Shown: positions 43,458-59,927, counted from the stretch's first letter. The stretch: DNA of 64,000 nucleotides from Chrysomallon squamiferum (GCA_012295275.1 CM022674.1:6386001-6450000), one strand, 5' to 3'. Notes: generated by a model not told the origin, from the sequence alone. Program-made: numbers and translations.

Positions 43458-43660
43458 TGTTCATTCCTAAATAAAAATATTGTTTCTCTGAAGTGATCAT
43501 GTCATTAAGTTGTTTTGAAAATATTTTAAGAATTTCTTGTAAAAGATTTCTAAAAGATAAAAGGAAAAAAAAATAATAATTCATATACTTTATGCTTCAG
43601 AAAAGCAATTATTTCTTTTAGATTTTTAATTTCGAGAAAATGGATTTGTTTCTAATTGAA
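41750..43660. repeat. Diverged direct duplicate of ~350 bp (41750-42100 and 43310-43660)
   Basis: Shared blocks attgtttctct.aagtgat.atgtcattaa.ttgttttgaaaatatttt.agaatttcttgtaaaa and attatttcttttagattttt...gaaaatggattt. Confidence 0.75.
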
Positions 43661-44665
43661 ATAAGCTTGAGTGGTTGATCTATAACATAAACATCCAGAA
43701 AATGGAAAATGCAAAGAGTTTAATACATGCAAATCAATTAACCAATATATTTTTTTATGATTACTTTTTTATTTTTTATGTTTATTTTTTAATATTTTAT
43801 TTATAATTAATTTTATATTGATAAATATATATCTTATAGAATGCATGATAATTTTATTATCAAAATACCTAACACTATAATAATGGCTATTATTGCTGTT
43901 AGTACTTTTTTACCACTACTACTTCTAAACTTGCTCTCACAACTACTACTATTGTGACTATTAGTAGTAACACAACTACTAATATTACTATTTTTATTAC
44001 TACTACGAAACTATTACTCTTACTATTACTCTTACTAGAACTGCTAATATTACTGCTATGCTACTTTTTTTTTTTTTTTTTTTTTTACTTGTGTAGTAAT
44101 ATATATTTTGGTTGCTATAAAAAAAACCTGAAGAATTCTAAATTAACAATATTTGTAGCCAAAAATATATAGAAAAATATTGTTCACTTAGATAATATTG
44201 CTGTTTTCTGATTTTATTTATTTATCTTTTTTCAGCATGTTTTTTTTTTTTTTTTTTTTTTTTTATCAATTTCGAATTTTCATTGAATATAACTGACTTG
44301 CTATATTATTTCATTTATTATTAAAAAACATATTTGCATAATTAGCCAACTGTGAGAAAAAAAAGTTTACTTCAGTTATTAATTCATCTTCTGCAACCAT
44401 GTCTATTTTTTCTTATTTATTTTTTACTTTTTGTTGTCGTTTTTTGTTGTTTTGTTGTTGTTTTTTTCTTCTTCTTTCATTCAAAATAACATTTTAATTC
44501 GGTCAGCTAACAAATATAGAGGTGCTGCAACACAGGCATGCAAAGTAATTAATTAATAATTTCTACATTAAATCTGGACGAGTGAATAATGAGTACATCA
44601 TGTTAATATCTTCCAGTGTTTCAAGGACAGATTATCCCAGGTCCAATACAAAGCAAAGGGTAGGG

Positions 44666-44710
<45 letters not shown>

Positions 44711-45443
44711 CCAAAATATTCCAGCTCGACCTTGACCCTGCTTAAGGAAAACTACTATTTGAAGGCGACAAAGATAAATATTAATGATATTTTATACACA
44801 ACAGTTAATCAGTCGAGGATATTTCTTTTTTTATTTTCATTTCTTATCACTTCTTTTTCTTTCTTTTTTTGTTAAACAAGTTCGATCTCGTCTGCTCGTC
44901 ACAATAACGTGAAAATTCATCTTACGTGCGCATGCTAATGTCAAACAAAACTAAATGTATATAAAAGCTTAACGGGTTCTTCTTCTTCTTTGCAGGTTTT
45001 CATAAAGGGCGATAGTTAAAAATATATTCCATCCACTTATTTTAATTTCCTCTCATTTTTTTTTTTTTTTTTTTTTTATTATTATTATTATTATTTTATT
45101 TTTTTTGCTTCTTCTTTTTATCTAATAATAGTCGCCATTGAAATATCGTTTGCAATGCGCAGACGTAATGACACGGTTGTCGGCTGTGAATACGAACATA
45201 ACAGAACTAAATTGTTCTTCACAAAATTCAGCGCTTTCTACAGAACAATTGTTATAGCAAATAAATAAGTCATGAAACAGGTTTAATGAGTTCTTTTTAC
45301 TGTTTAATATTAAAAGTTAATCGATGTCAAACTATTACCTATCTTACAAGCAAGACTAGAACTAGCCTTTGGTTGTCACGGTTTCCGCCGTTTTTGTTTG
45401 TCATTCTTTGTTTCTTCCTTTGAATGTTAATCTGGAAATTTCT

Positions 45444-45491
<48 letters not shown>

Positions 45492-45691
45492 CCCCACTGG
45501 GGTTAATTTTAAATTTTAAATTTTAATTTTAATTTTATTTAACTTTTTATTTAATTATTAATTTAGTTATTTAATTAATTATTACTAAAAAATATACTTC
45601 CTTTTTATTTATTTACTTACTTTCTGATAGACTTTTTTATACTTTATTTTCATATTTATTTATTTTAATTTATTTATTTATTTTATTTATT

Positions 45692-45749
<58 letters not shown>

Positions 45750-46799
45750 GATGAATGGAAGAGTACGTGTTGAAACAAGATGTTTAAGAAAGAGGTATCA
45801 GTCGTATACAAACGAGAATTAGGACTGGAAAGATAAAAATAATTTTTCGATTCAATAACTGTTCAGCAACGTTTTAACTGGAATTTATAACCTAATACGA
45901 AATAATCAAAGATTTTTTCATTTATTTTCAGGCAAATAGCACATATATACGTGAATGAACAAAATGCTTATTTTTAAAAATGTAACACATACAGATAAAC
46001 AGACTTACGTAGATACAAGCACACATTATCCAAACAGAGATTAATAATAAATACTATTAATTGTATCTTCTTGTTGGTGGTGTTCTTAACGTTTTTTGTT
46101 ATTGTTTTATTGCTGTTTTTTTTTTTTTTTTTTTTTTTTTTGTTGTTGTTTGGGGGGGTATCCTTTTGTTGTATTTTCTTTTAATTTATTTATTTACAAT
46201 TGTCTTTTATTCTCATTTAGATCAACATGCTTCTGCGTCAGTCGTACGGAAACAAAAACCACGTATTCACTGCGTATCTAGCCAACTTCATTATTAAGCC
46301 ATTACGTTTCTCAATCGATATATTAACGGACATTCATTGTACGTTCCTGTTAATCTACATCGCAAAGGCAGAAGTTGATCCGCGGGTTAACAGCGTAAAG
46401 GAAGTCTACACAGCTTCATTTTAGACGAACTTCAAAGACAAAACATTTATTAAAAAATCGTATATATATATATTATACTGTGAATCGACGCCATTGTGAA
46501 AAAAAAAAAAAAAAAAAAAAAAAATTCAACGAAGGATAAGCCTTTAAATATTTCATAAGACTAATACAGTTTATTTTATCTATTGTTGGATGGTTGTTGG
46601 GGTTTTTTTTAACAATAATTCCTTTGGGATGAGATGATATTATAATTTTTCAGAAAGGTTTTTCAATTATTTATGACTGGAAATGCGTGCTGATGGTTTC
46701 CAGGTGAGGATAGTCGTGGAAATGTTTTGACGTGTTGCCTGTCTTACATTTCTTTCCGTTCGAAGCGATCTAATTGTATTTTTAAAAAAGATTGCCGAC

Positions 46800-46950
46800 A
46801 TGATCAGACAAACGAAATGTGTGCTTCTCACAGCCGTACTAAGGCTGGGCTTCATTTTAATATTTGGTAAGAAACATTTTTAAATTTTCTTCTTTAAAAT
46901 GTTATTTCTCTTGAATTTTTTTCTTCTTCTTCCTCTTTTCCTTTCTTTTC

Positions 46951-47021
<71 letters not shown>

Positions 47022-47722
47022 GTTTGTTCTTTTCTTTTGTTTGTTTGTGGTTATTTTTATTTATTTATTTATTTTGTCTCTGTCATCAGTTCTTGGAAGT
47101 CAAACATTTAGTTATGATGGCAGAAGATCCGAGCAAAGAATCTTTCATAAAGTCAGAAAAAAACACATCACAACCTTCACTAACTAACTGATGGGAACTG
47201 GTTAGATTGGGAAAAGTTCCAAATGATGCACTGACAATGATATTCGTTCCTATAATTTTTTTTTTTCTTTGATCAATGGCGACATTACTTTTTTTTTTTT
47301 TCTTTCTTTCTTTTAAAAAAAAAAAATAATAATAATAATAATCTGGTTAGTGTATATGTATAAATATTTAGAATCATTCAAAGTTTAATGCAAATTTTAA
47401 ATGAATTCGGATTTATTTTTTATTTTCTTGGAACTTTAGTGCTCTGTACTCAGATAAATTTCGAATTTTGAGCAGCATAGTCGTCAGAATTATATCTTAA
47501 AAACTGAAAAACAATGAAAACTTAATACTTTATCTGATGTTTGTTTTATATGCATAAACTTGGCTAAACTTCATTTAATGTGGGCATTGTATTCAATTTT
47601 AAAACTGAATTAGTTTAAGTACATCTGGAAATTTGGTTCAGCTTAAATTTCTAAACAGACTCATTTTATTGTAAATATTTTTATAAACTTCAGTTTTGTT
47701 ACATGTGAAGTATGAATTTGTT

Positions 47723-47775
<53 letters not shown>

Positions 47776-48816
47776 GTTACTATTATTATTATTGTTATTG
47801 TTGTTGTTGTTGTTGTTGTTATTATTATTATTATTGTTATTATTATTATTATTAGTAGTAGTAGTAGTAGTACTATTATTATTATAATCATCATCTCATT
47901 ATTAATTTATTTATTTATTATATTTATTATATTTTTATTAATATTTATGTCTTTCCCTTTTTTCTTTTTCTTTTTTTTTTTCTTATTTGTTTCTTTAAAA
48001 AAAAGGTGTGTGTGTGTGTGTGTGCGTGAGTGTTTAATTTTCAAGCCGTACACAACAATAAACTGAAATGTATAGAGCCACAGTGTATCCTGTCGCATTT
48101 CAAAGCACCACCATGTCTTCAGTTCAATTCGCTTGTACCCGAAGACTTAGAGTTTATAACAATAAACAATCTTCTTGTCTTCGTTTGTTTCTAATTTGAA
48201 TAGAATGTAAACTCAAAAATGGGACAGAAAGTCCTTGAAATTGACTTGAAGCTGGGATAAAATCGGTTTTTCAATTTTTATTTTTTCTTTCTTTCATTCT
48301 TTCTTCCTTATTAAATTAGTTTTACTGTTCATATCTTTGTAGACTTTTTCCCTTTCTTTTTCTTCTTTTTTTCTTCTTTTTTTTTTTTAATAAAGCTACA
48401 TGAGTGATATGAAGGACATTTTCAGAAGTAGGCACATAAGTTGAAATCGAAGTAATCGAGACTAAAGGGACATAATTTGCTAGCAGAAGTAGCTTTTGTG
48501 CGCGTTCAAGTGTATTGTCGGTGATGTTGTTGTTCTTATACCTCTTATTCGTATTTAAAAGCTGTTTCTGAAATTAACAATGATAAGAATAAAGGAATTT
48601 TTTTCTATGAACTAGTTTCCACAAAAGTCTGAGAAATAGATGAAAGAGATCGTTTTGTTTGTTCACTGTGCGAGTCAAAAGAATCCATTATAGATTAGTT
48701 GAGAAGTGTTATTCAGCATAAACCGTTTAAACAATAGACACGTATATTAACACCCTTGAGTTTTGTGTGTGTAGTGCAAACCTTTGTCATGTTACGTGTG
48801 TCACATTTGTAGGACG

Positions 48817-48906
<90 letters not shown>

Positions 48907-49642
48907 GTCTGTATTTATATATACATATTATGTGTGTGTGTGTGTTTTCTTCTCTCATATATATCATTATCTATTTCTTTTTTATCTCTATCTTTATTTC
49001 TCTCTGTTTCTTGCTCTCTTATTTGTATTATAAAGCTGTATATATATATATATTTGTCTCCCTCTCTCTTTCTCTCTTTTTCCGACAGATGTAATCTTCC
49101 CCAAGTGTACAGTCATAGTATTAAATCATAGTATTTAAATATAGAATACTCAGTGACAGTGACCCAACAAAAATTATATTTGTTAACTAACATCTTTGTG
49201 GCACTTCTGTTTGATAACTATCGTTATATGTTACAGAACTCCTATTTGATAACTAACAATATATTGTTATTGAACTCCTATTTGATGACTAATATTATAT
49301 TTATTACAGAACTCCTACTTGATAACTAACAATATATTGTTACTGAACTCCTATTTGATAACTAACGTTACTCCTAAGGAGAAAGTATAATTATCACATT
49401 TTGATTAATGATTCTTGTCGTAGCAGTAAATGTAATATTTAAATTTACAGCATACAGCTCTTATCACTGTAGGAATCTTTTAATTGGTTTTAATCGATGA
49501 ATGCCAACGCCTGTATACTAAAACATCGTTTTATATATATATTTATATATATATATATATATCAATTTAAGAATTGACCCCATTTTTGTTCCAAGAAATC
49601 TATTAAACATTCATTTTTGTTTTAATGTTATTATTATTATTA

Positions 49643-49701
<59 letters not shown>

Positions 49702-50290
49702 GCACGATACAACGAAAACACACACACACGCACGCACGCACACACACACGCACACAGACACACACACACGTGTACGTTTTCACAAGTTGTCAGTCGTTAC
49801 ACACGACTGCCGTTAGGTTTTTGTTTCTCTCAGCAACTTGTTAAATATTTATCTGAGTCACTCGAGCTGAGAACTTGTCAGAGCTGGAATGAGTCCCACG
49901 CTTATCAATTGTTAATGGTGTCGCTTTTGTAGATTTTCAAACCAGCCATTTCCAGGTGACTCGTAAATTACTGTGGTATACATTTTCCCGTTCAAGTACA
50001 AAACATTTCCTGTCTTCTATGGGGAAAACTTAGCCTGTTTCCAGGGGGGAGGGGTTGTTTTGTTTTTTTATTATTTATTTTATAATATTTTATAAAATTT
50101 ACTCTTTTTTTATCGTTATTGTTATTTTTCGATTATATCAGACATTTATTTAGTCATTTATTTATTTCTCTAATGGAATATTTGAAGTTGAACAAAAGAT
50201 TACTTTTGTTATTGTTTTCTTTTCCTCAAAAGTTTCTCTATTTCCCCTCACCAATCATTGTTTTTGGGTGTCTGTATATCTTTCTATCTA

Positions 50291-50386
<96 letters not shown>

Positions 50387-50551
50387 TCTTTATCTCTCTT
50401 TATCTCTCTCTCTATTTATCTCTCTCTCTCTTTATCTCTGTCTCTCTTTGTCTCTCTCTTTATAGCTAGAGTATATTCAATTAATAATTTTGAAATGTCA
50501 TTTATATATTTACGTCTTGGTGTTGTTTTCCTATTCTTCTTCTTCTTCTTC

Positions 50552-50626
<75 letters not shown>

Positions 50627-51439
50627 TTATTATTATTAAAGCTTCTAATTACGGTTTACGTTAGCCATTACGTTTCCATTTTGTTGGGGTTTTTTTCGTA
50701 AATTTATTAATATTTTGGGTTTTGCTAATCAATATGACTCGTTCGCAGATTTCTCTTTATTTATCCGTTCATTAATTCATTCTTTCATTCATTCATTCAT
50801 TCATTCATCATTCTTACGCATTTTGCCAATATATATGTATATATATATATATATATATTTCGGACAGATCAAAATTAAATTTCGATTATATTCCGCTCTT
50901 TTCTTCAGCACATATAATTATGTAAACACCGAGTCATAGATTATGCTGAGGCATAAAACAATAGGCTGAAGGCGCTTAAACGTAACTAAGTGGCGTCATT
51001 TTTCCTATCATAAACATTTTCATATTGACATTTTCATAATTTTTATCCTACATAATGTCATAACGAGGTGAATTAGTATATAATGACACGTAAACTAAAA
51101 TAATTTTCCAACATCGTTAGCGACGAAGCTTTCAGTGTTCGACAGCATAATGGGTCTGTTATACAATAATTTTCGTGTGTGTTTATCAAAACACAAACAC
51201 AAAAATAACAACGGCAAAGCAACAACGACAGCAACAAAAGAGACGTTAGTCTGATGATCGAGAATGGTGAAAAGAAAATTACATTTTTAAAAATGTATTC
51301 ATTTTTTTTTTTTAAATATGATTCGGACGCAGAACAAAAATGCACAGCAACGAATCGTTCAGCACCCGCGATCGAAAAACATGAATTGTTCAGTAGCGGT
51401 TACCTGTCAGTGAATAATAATATTTAACATTATTATTAT

Positions 51440-51475
<36 letters not shown>

Positions 51476-53780
51476 ACTACTACTACTACTACTTATTATT
51501 ATTATTATTATTATTGTTGTTATTGTTAGTACAATTCTACTAATACTACTATTATTGTTATTGTAGTTTTTAACAGTTAAAAATAGATGAATAAATTTCT
51601 CTACATAATTACTTACTACTCTATAATTAAAAAATTTGTAAAAATTAATCGAAAAAACAATATATATTAACGAAATCAAAGTTAATGTTTTAGTATCTTT
51701 ATGATCGAATACTGGTTTCTTACAATGGCTGCCATCTCAGAAAACGTCGAGCACCGCCTGATTTAAATTGAAATAACAATCAATATAAAGTTTCATTATG
51801 GATAAAGCATGTTATCGGTGAAACGTGCGTGTTCAACTCGTTAAACGCTAAAGTGAGTATTGATATAGGAATTTCACGAAGCTTATTTCGTGGGTCATGG
51901 AAGTACCGTTGTCACAGAAAGTCAGTTTGTTACCAGTGACGTTTCTTGCGGTTACTGGGTTGGCAGCATTAGCAAAACGTCTTTCGGCTAGACTGACAGA
52001 TAATCAGAAATGACATATCATACTAGTGAAAAATTAGGTCTGTTGTTGCATAACTGTTCGGTGCCAGTCTTGACTGATGTTAACAGAGCAGTACGGAACA
52101 GGTAGAAAGAAGAAAGGTGAGGTTAAGGTCAGGTCTAGGTCAAGCTCACAGACAGAAAACAAATAATCGACTGTTATTTCGACATGTCACATATGCAACC
52201 AGCCTCCATGAGCTGTGGAGGCCACGTGACCGGATATCCTCCAACACGGCCAGATGTCACGTGACAGCGATCTATTAAAAAGATCTCCGCTGACTCTAAG
52301 ACACAAACGGGACCCTCCTCCATGGTGTGTAATGCCAGGGTGACAGGTAACGTCAGAACACGGCGCAGGTTTCTCTGGTCCAGTGAAAGCCGAGTCCTGT
52401 TTAACGCGTTCGATGGCAGAACGGGAAAGAGGGAGGCCGTACAGGAGAATCATTTCACCAAGAGAACATTTAGGAGACTGCTGCCTTTTGCTGAATGGTC
52501 TGTCATAATGTCATCGGGGATGCTGTTCCTGCAGTTAATTATAAGCAATTAATTATAAGCTGGAACAGGTAGTTTTGCACGGAAAGCTCAATGGACAGAT
52601 TTTTCAAACAGACTTTTTGGATACCGACGTTATTCCACTTTTTTGATAACCAAGGACTTGCCGCCATGCGTTGTTCCTTACACACGGATGACAACACCAG
52701 GCCACGCAAAACACCAGCAGTGTACCATCATCTGACCGATCAGATAGACGTCTTGGCCAGCGAAGTGTCCGAATCTTAATCCTTGTCCGAACGTTTACCG
52801 GGTATTTTGGGTCGGAGAGTAAATAAACGCCATGGAACCATCCGTGCAGAATCTCTAGGATCCAGACCAAGGATTCTGTGAAGAATGACGCACCATCCCA
52901 CAGACAAGAGTGTGAGTAGACGTACGCAGAACGCATCTCATCCGTGAGAGAGGGAACGGGACGGGGTGGGACACACCCGCAAGTAAACGAGCAAAGTCGG
53001 GTGTCAGAGATCGCCAAAGAAGAACACTGGAGTGTGTTTAGTTTAGATAAGGCATTGGAGAGTCCAGTTACTGGAAATGACTATAGTACAACGAGACATT
53101 GTCAAATTAGTTTCGAACAGATTTTATTTGTGAAGTTCTTCTTACAGCGACATACTTATTTTAGTTGTGTATACGTCTGACTCTCAAAACTCTGTCAGTG
53201 AAGACATCAATATTTATCCAGGTTTTTCTGTTTTTATGGTCTTATAGTAGAGATTATTGAATGAAACACCAGGAACACTTCACGCTGTCGAGGTTATAAT
53301 TATTACGCATTAGAAACATAACCCACATTTTAAACATAAGCATATTAGAAAGAAAAAAAAAAAAAAAACCGGTTATGCTTGACTACTGAAATGCACATAA
53401 ATGACATTAAAATTATATCATGCATTTCGCGTTATCAATTAAATGAAACAGAAATTGTAAACGTCTGTGAAATGTATTTTCTGTGTTCTTAAAGCCACTT
53501 ATCGTATTTTACTTTTTATTTTATTTTTTTTATTTTATTTTTTTTTTAATGAAAAATGCATCGATTTCTTGAAATATTTATCATTAAAGTTGTAAATTCT
53601 CTTTGAACACGATATTGACGTTGGGATTAATCACGTAAGGATTGCTAGCAAATTAAGGTTCAAATCAAACGTGTTTTTCTTTTTTTTTTTTTTAAAAAGA
53701 AATAAAGAAAACCCATTAATAATACTGAATGTTTAATTTTACTCTTATTTTATTTATTAATTTTTGTATTATTATTATTT

Positions 53781-53819
<39 letters not shown>

Positions 53820-53935
53820 CTTTATTTTAATTTTATTTTAAATCTTTTTTTTTTTTTGGGGGAGGGGATGAGACAAAGCTGCCTGCTGTATTTTTTTCAT
53901 AATAATAATAATAATAATAATGCATATTATTATGC

Positions 53936-54014
<79 letters not shown>

Positions 54015-54817
54015 ATACAAACATATTTTTAATATATTTTTATTTTATTTTATTTCATTTTATTTTATTTTATTTTATTTTATTTTATTTTATTTTATTT
54101 TATTTTATTTTTTTTTTTTCTCTCTCTCCTGTCAGGCTGCTTGGTTATCTGTCTAATTAATTATGAGTAATTTACACTGTCACACTGTATTAAAAAAAAA
54201 AAAACCTGTCTGTTTAATCAGAATCATATAACACAGAAAATACCGATACGGAATAACTACATAATACAATACATCCGTATCTTTGTTCTTCGTTTTAAAT
54301 GTCCCACCGCGCCCCACAATGGAAACCATTTCCCTAGATATAAAAATCTATTTCTCTCTTTTATAGACGTTATCGATTTTTCTGACGCAGCAACCAAATG
54401 TGATAAATAAAAAAACATTTACTGAACGACCAAAGGTAACAAACCTACAGATCCGCCATATTGTCTGAACGACAATGTCGACAATGAAACGGAAATAGCT
54501 TTAATTTATTTTCTATCGATGGGGGGTGGGGGGAATGGTTGTATGGCGGGGTTTAGTTGAATAGTTTTTGGACAGACGTAGTATCCAACCTCCTCCATAT
54601 TTGCCATCACGATTATTTGTCCGTTCCAAATAGTTCTCCATAATGTGTGTATATTTTCTTTGCTATCTGTATAAAGTGCATATTAACTCAACAGATTCTG
54701 TGAATCACACAGATTCGAGTCTTTTGTTGCTGAATGTATCGACTGGTCTTTATTATTCAAAATATGACATGCCGAAGATTAAGGCCTGATTCTTTTACTA
54801 TTATTACTATTACTGTA

Positions 54818-54891
<74 letters not shown>

Positions 54892-55156
54892 TTTTTTTTG
54901 TATTTATTTATTATGGGGGTGGGTCAGAATCAGTGTTACAGGGGTGAAAGATTCAAGTCCGCGAGGGAGCTCAAAATACCTAAAATCCTGGTAATTGGTT
55001 AATACGACCAAGTAAGCGGTTTCATGTGTTGTCTTACCGTGAACTATCCAAGCATTTCTTTTATTCTTGGTATATTCAATAAATGATTTTAAGATTTCAT
55101 TCATACATTTATTTATTTATTTATTTATGTCTTTGTGTTGTTTTGCTATTATCCTT

Positions 55157-55225
<69 letters not shown>

Positions 55226-57473
55226 GTTGTTGTTGTTGTTGATAATGGTCCTAATTAGGGTTTACGAAAACCATTACTTTTCGTTTTTTTCAGTAACTCC
55301 AGCCGTAAGCGCCTTGCGCACCTTCTTTTTCGTACGGAGGTATGGACGCTACGATCCCTTTCAAATAATAAACAGTTCACAGCATATACTTGTAGGGGTG
55401 AATGACTGTCCCGAAGATGAGTCAAAGGACCTCATAACCCATATATGGAAGGGAGATTACAGAAATCCGATTTTAGATAACATAACAGATTACAACGTCA
55501 CCGACGTAAGTATTACAAATGCTACGTATGTTTATTACTAAAGTAAAATAGGTAGTTACATAAATACAATGGTAATGACGTTGGTGTTACATAAATTCAG
55601 CTATTATGACGTAAGTAAAGCATAAAATGCAATGTTATCGACATTACTATTACGTAGAAATTATAATGATGATGTAATTATATCATTATAACAATGTTAT
55701 TACAACTGTGTTAACGACATAAGTATAACAATGTTAGTTAGTACTATATAAATGTACTAACAGCCATAGAAAACGCAGCTTTAACTCTGGTGTTATTAAA
55801 TCAATGAAAGCATCAAGAAAATGTTAATCAGTCACTGTATTAGGAAAACGACAAAGTCCAAGAGGTTAGTAACATCCTATAATTTCACTTACGGTGTGTG
55901 GGTTATTAACAGACAGAACTTCTAGTAATGGGTTACAAACTGTTGATAATGGGTGAGGCCACCACAGGCAGCATAGCGACGTCTCGTGAAACAAACGACA
56001 CTCCTGACGAAGTCCCGAGGGTACATCTGATGCCACAGGCCGAACGAAATTTGCCTCTAATTGTGCAAGCAAAGGTTTGCATCTAGTGGTAACAGTCCTG
56101 TTGCATCTTTGAAATGTTCTTTAGCGGCAAAGTCGAGTGTCAGAGATCGCCAAAGAAGGACACTGATGCGTTTGTGGTTGATACGAGCATGGAGAGTCTA
56201 ACTGTGTTATGTCTGGTGCTATCGTATTGCAACGTCTGCAGATTACGGCGAGCTGTCACGTGACGAATGACGCGTTTTTTTTTTTTTTTTTTTGAGGAGC
56301 TCGTCGCTCTAGCTTTCGACATTGCGACGTCCTCGGAAGACGTGAAGGTCTGTGCTGCCTTGCGTACTGATTCCTCGGAGACACAACCGTTGGCGTATTA
56401 TCTTTCGCCACATCAGCCAAACCGGCATCTAACCAAGATGTCTGTAGAGCTGAGATGGAAATCTGGATTTACCTGTAAAGAGCATCTGTCCCCAGTTTTC
56501 GGCTCCTTTTCGATGCAAGAAAATATCAGCATCTTGAACGTCGATGATGCATTAACTTAAGGTCGATCACAACAAATGAATTTGAAACTCGGTTCCCTAC
56601 TTCGCAGTCATAGAAATGCTACAGTATGCTTGTGCGTGCCTGTTACAGATTTTCAAATCCCGAATGACAACATGCAAGTGCACGAAGTATGGTTTGACGT
56701 GCAGGTTTAAAGATCGGGATTCATTCTGACTTTTATTTCAGACGTCACCTGCAAAAAAAAAAAAAAAGTGTTGATGACGTATGTGTATCAGTACCATTTA
56801 TTATCACATAAGTGCAGTGTTAATGACGTATGATAATGTTATTGTGTATTACCTAAATAATATGCTAATGAGGTAAGCATAGCAACATTATTCCGTATTG
56901 CATAAATACTATGCCCATGACGTAAGCATAACAATTATTAAATAGTTTGTTAATTCCAGTCTAAAATGACGTATGAACTTATTATTACATAAACCCACTG
57001 TTAATGACGTAGCGGGGTTTCTGCACAAATACATACGTATACAAGTTGCTAGTATTTATCGGTGGCACTAAATATTCTCTCGTTCTTTCAGGCTCAGATG
57101 GTCTTGATCAACAAACAAGGAGACCAAATTTTAAAACTCACTGAATGTTACTTTGCGAATGACGTAGATCAATTTTATTGTCAGAACGACGAATCTAAAA
57201 ACGTACAAATTAAGAAACTGGATAAGTATGTCGTCTTATTGCTCTTTTTTCTTTCTTAAATAATCTTTCGTCTATCATCCCATTTAACGATTACATGCAT
57301 TCATCCATCCATCAGTCTATCAATCCATCAATCCGTCCATGCATATATACACATACATACATAATAATACGCATACATGAATAACATATACACAAACATA
57401 CACAAATACATACACACATATATACATACATACATACATCTATACATACATACATACATACATACATACACAA

Positions 57474-57504
<31 letters not shown>

Positions 57505-57975
57505 CACACATACACAAATACATACATTACATAAATACATACATACATAAATATGCCTACATACATACATACATACATACATACATACATACATACATAC
57601 ATGCATACATTTATACCACACTGCTATTACTATTACTACTACTGGTGCTACTGCTACTTCTACTACTACTACTACTACTATTCTACAACCATACTTCTGC
57701 TATTACTACATCTATTACCACTACTACTTCAACTACTACTACTACTGCTTCGAATATTATTAGAGCTACTACTTCGACTGTTACTACTACAACTACTATT
57801 ACTACCTCAGTTATTGCTATCATTACCGCTTCTACTTTTACCAGCACTGCATCATTAGCAGCTACTACCACTTCTATTATACTGTTTCTACTACCACTAT
57901 AAATGCTGCTGCTACTACAACTGTTTCTACTGCATCTACTACTACTTTTACAACTGCTACCACTGCTGCTTCTAC

Positions 57976-58011
<36 letters not shown>

Positions 58012-58035
58012 CATCATCATCATTATTTTCATCAT

Positions 58036-58077
<42 letters not shown>

Positions 58078-59717
58078 AACTGCTACCACTGCTGCTTCTA
58101 CTATTATTATTTTCATCATTATCATTACTACTACTACGACTACTACTACTACTACTTCTACAACTGCTACCACTGCTGCTTCTACTACTACTACTACTAT
58201 TATTATTATTATCATCATCATCATCATCATTATCATTATTTTCATCATTTACTACTACTACTACTATTAGTATTACTACTACTACTACTACTACTACTTC
58301 TACTACTACTTCTCTGACAGGCAAGGAGGTTTGTTAGCTACAGTGAATGGGAAAACGGTTTTCATGATTTTCAATCCACGTCACTATACTTCTGACAGCA
58401 GCGAGTTCAATGGACAGGCTTTACTTATATCTCTAAATGATCAAGTGGCAATTTATCCAACAGGTTAGATTTTTATCATCATCATTTTGATCTTTGTTCT
58501 AATTGCTAATCACCGTTATGTCATTATGACTTCAGTCATTACTGTATCTTACCATTACCATTATCTTCCATTGTCTTAATCATGTTACTTCTACTACTAC
58601 TACGTCTACTACTACTACTACTATTACTACATCTACTGCTATTACTACTTCTATTACAACTAGTACTTCTATAACTACTATTGCTTTGTTTGTACTACTG
58701 CTACTACTATTAACAATAATAATAATAATAATAATAATAATAATCTTATTATCCTCGTCATCATTATCACAATGATTTTTCTATCATCGTCGTTAATAAT
58801 TTTGTTATGGCTTTTTTATGTGTATCTGATGAACTAATATGAGCATATTTGTAGGAAACAAAACTGACTCGAAATATTCCAAGCGAAACTGATTTCATTA
58901 TTTTCTCTATGACATTTTCAGTTGTGTGCAAGAAAGTTTAATACGAAATAAATTTAAATTCAAATACGTGATTATTCCATAACGAAATCAAATTTTGGAT
59001 ATGAAATAAAGTTGTTAAGAGGAAATAAGCTCAGTTTGATTTGTAATGAAATTTTTAACCGGAATCTGAACTCAATTTTGAATGCACGTATTTTTAAACA
59101 GTAATAACAAACATTCTGTATTCAGTGAAGTTAGATCTATACAATGTAAATTCAGTTTTAAATATTCTGTATTAAATCAGCTCTTTTGGAAAACATCCTT
59201 TGAAATTAAGTGTCAAACTACTATATGGAAGTTTTAACTTTTAAATTTCTATTTTTATTTAATTTTTTTTTATTATTATTTTTATTTTAAAAATGGTGCA
59301 GGAAAGTTTCGGAAATTCTAAATGAAATCAAATTCTAAACTTTTGTATGAAATCAAGTTATAAAATTCTGTATGAAATAATGTTATAAAGTCGTATATTA
59401 AATCAAGTTTTAAAATTCTCTCTGAAACGATGTTTTGAAGTTCTATATGAAATCAACTGAAATTTCATAATCCGTTACGAAAAAAACAAATCCGTTTATT
59501 TGAAATAAAACATGAACACTGATCACTAAAGTAGCTCATAATTCAGATTCTGTACAGACTGAGTCAAATGTGTTACATCGTAAATCATTCCAAGCGTTTA
59601 CATCACTGTTCGTCGAATCAAGGATTAAGTCTAAAAACCGGATTTCGAGTGGGTATTGAAAAATGTGGTGCAGCAACAGTTCTGAGATTTCAAATAAAAC
59701 AAACCCACAAAAACTAC

Positions 59718-59750
<33 letters not shown>

Positions 59751-59880
59751 ATTATAGATACCACGAACTCCTACGCATCAGTATCGTTAATTTTCGTGTT
59801 AACCGTAGGACAATAGGAAAACAAAATGGCTGATATGCATTATAAACTGGGATAGAACGTATATATATATATATATATAT

Positions 59881-59927
<47 letters not shown>

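Noticed and set aside
52187-53180. Cluster of complex ORFs suggesting a host gene
   Set aside because: Explained as frames and antisense frames of decayed Tc1 transposase sequence.
57683-58337. Long ORFs (213, 144, 123 aa) with poly-S/N/D/L/V
   Set aside because: Translations of trinucleotide microsatellites inside an intron.
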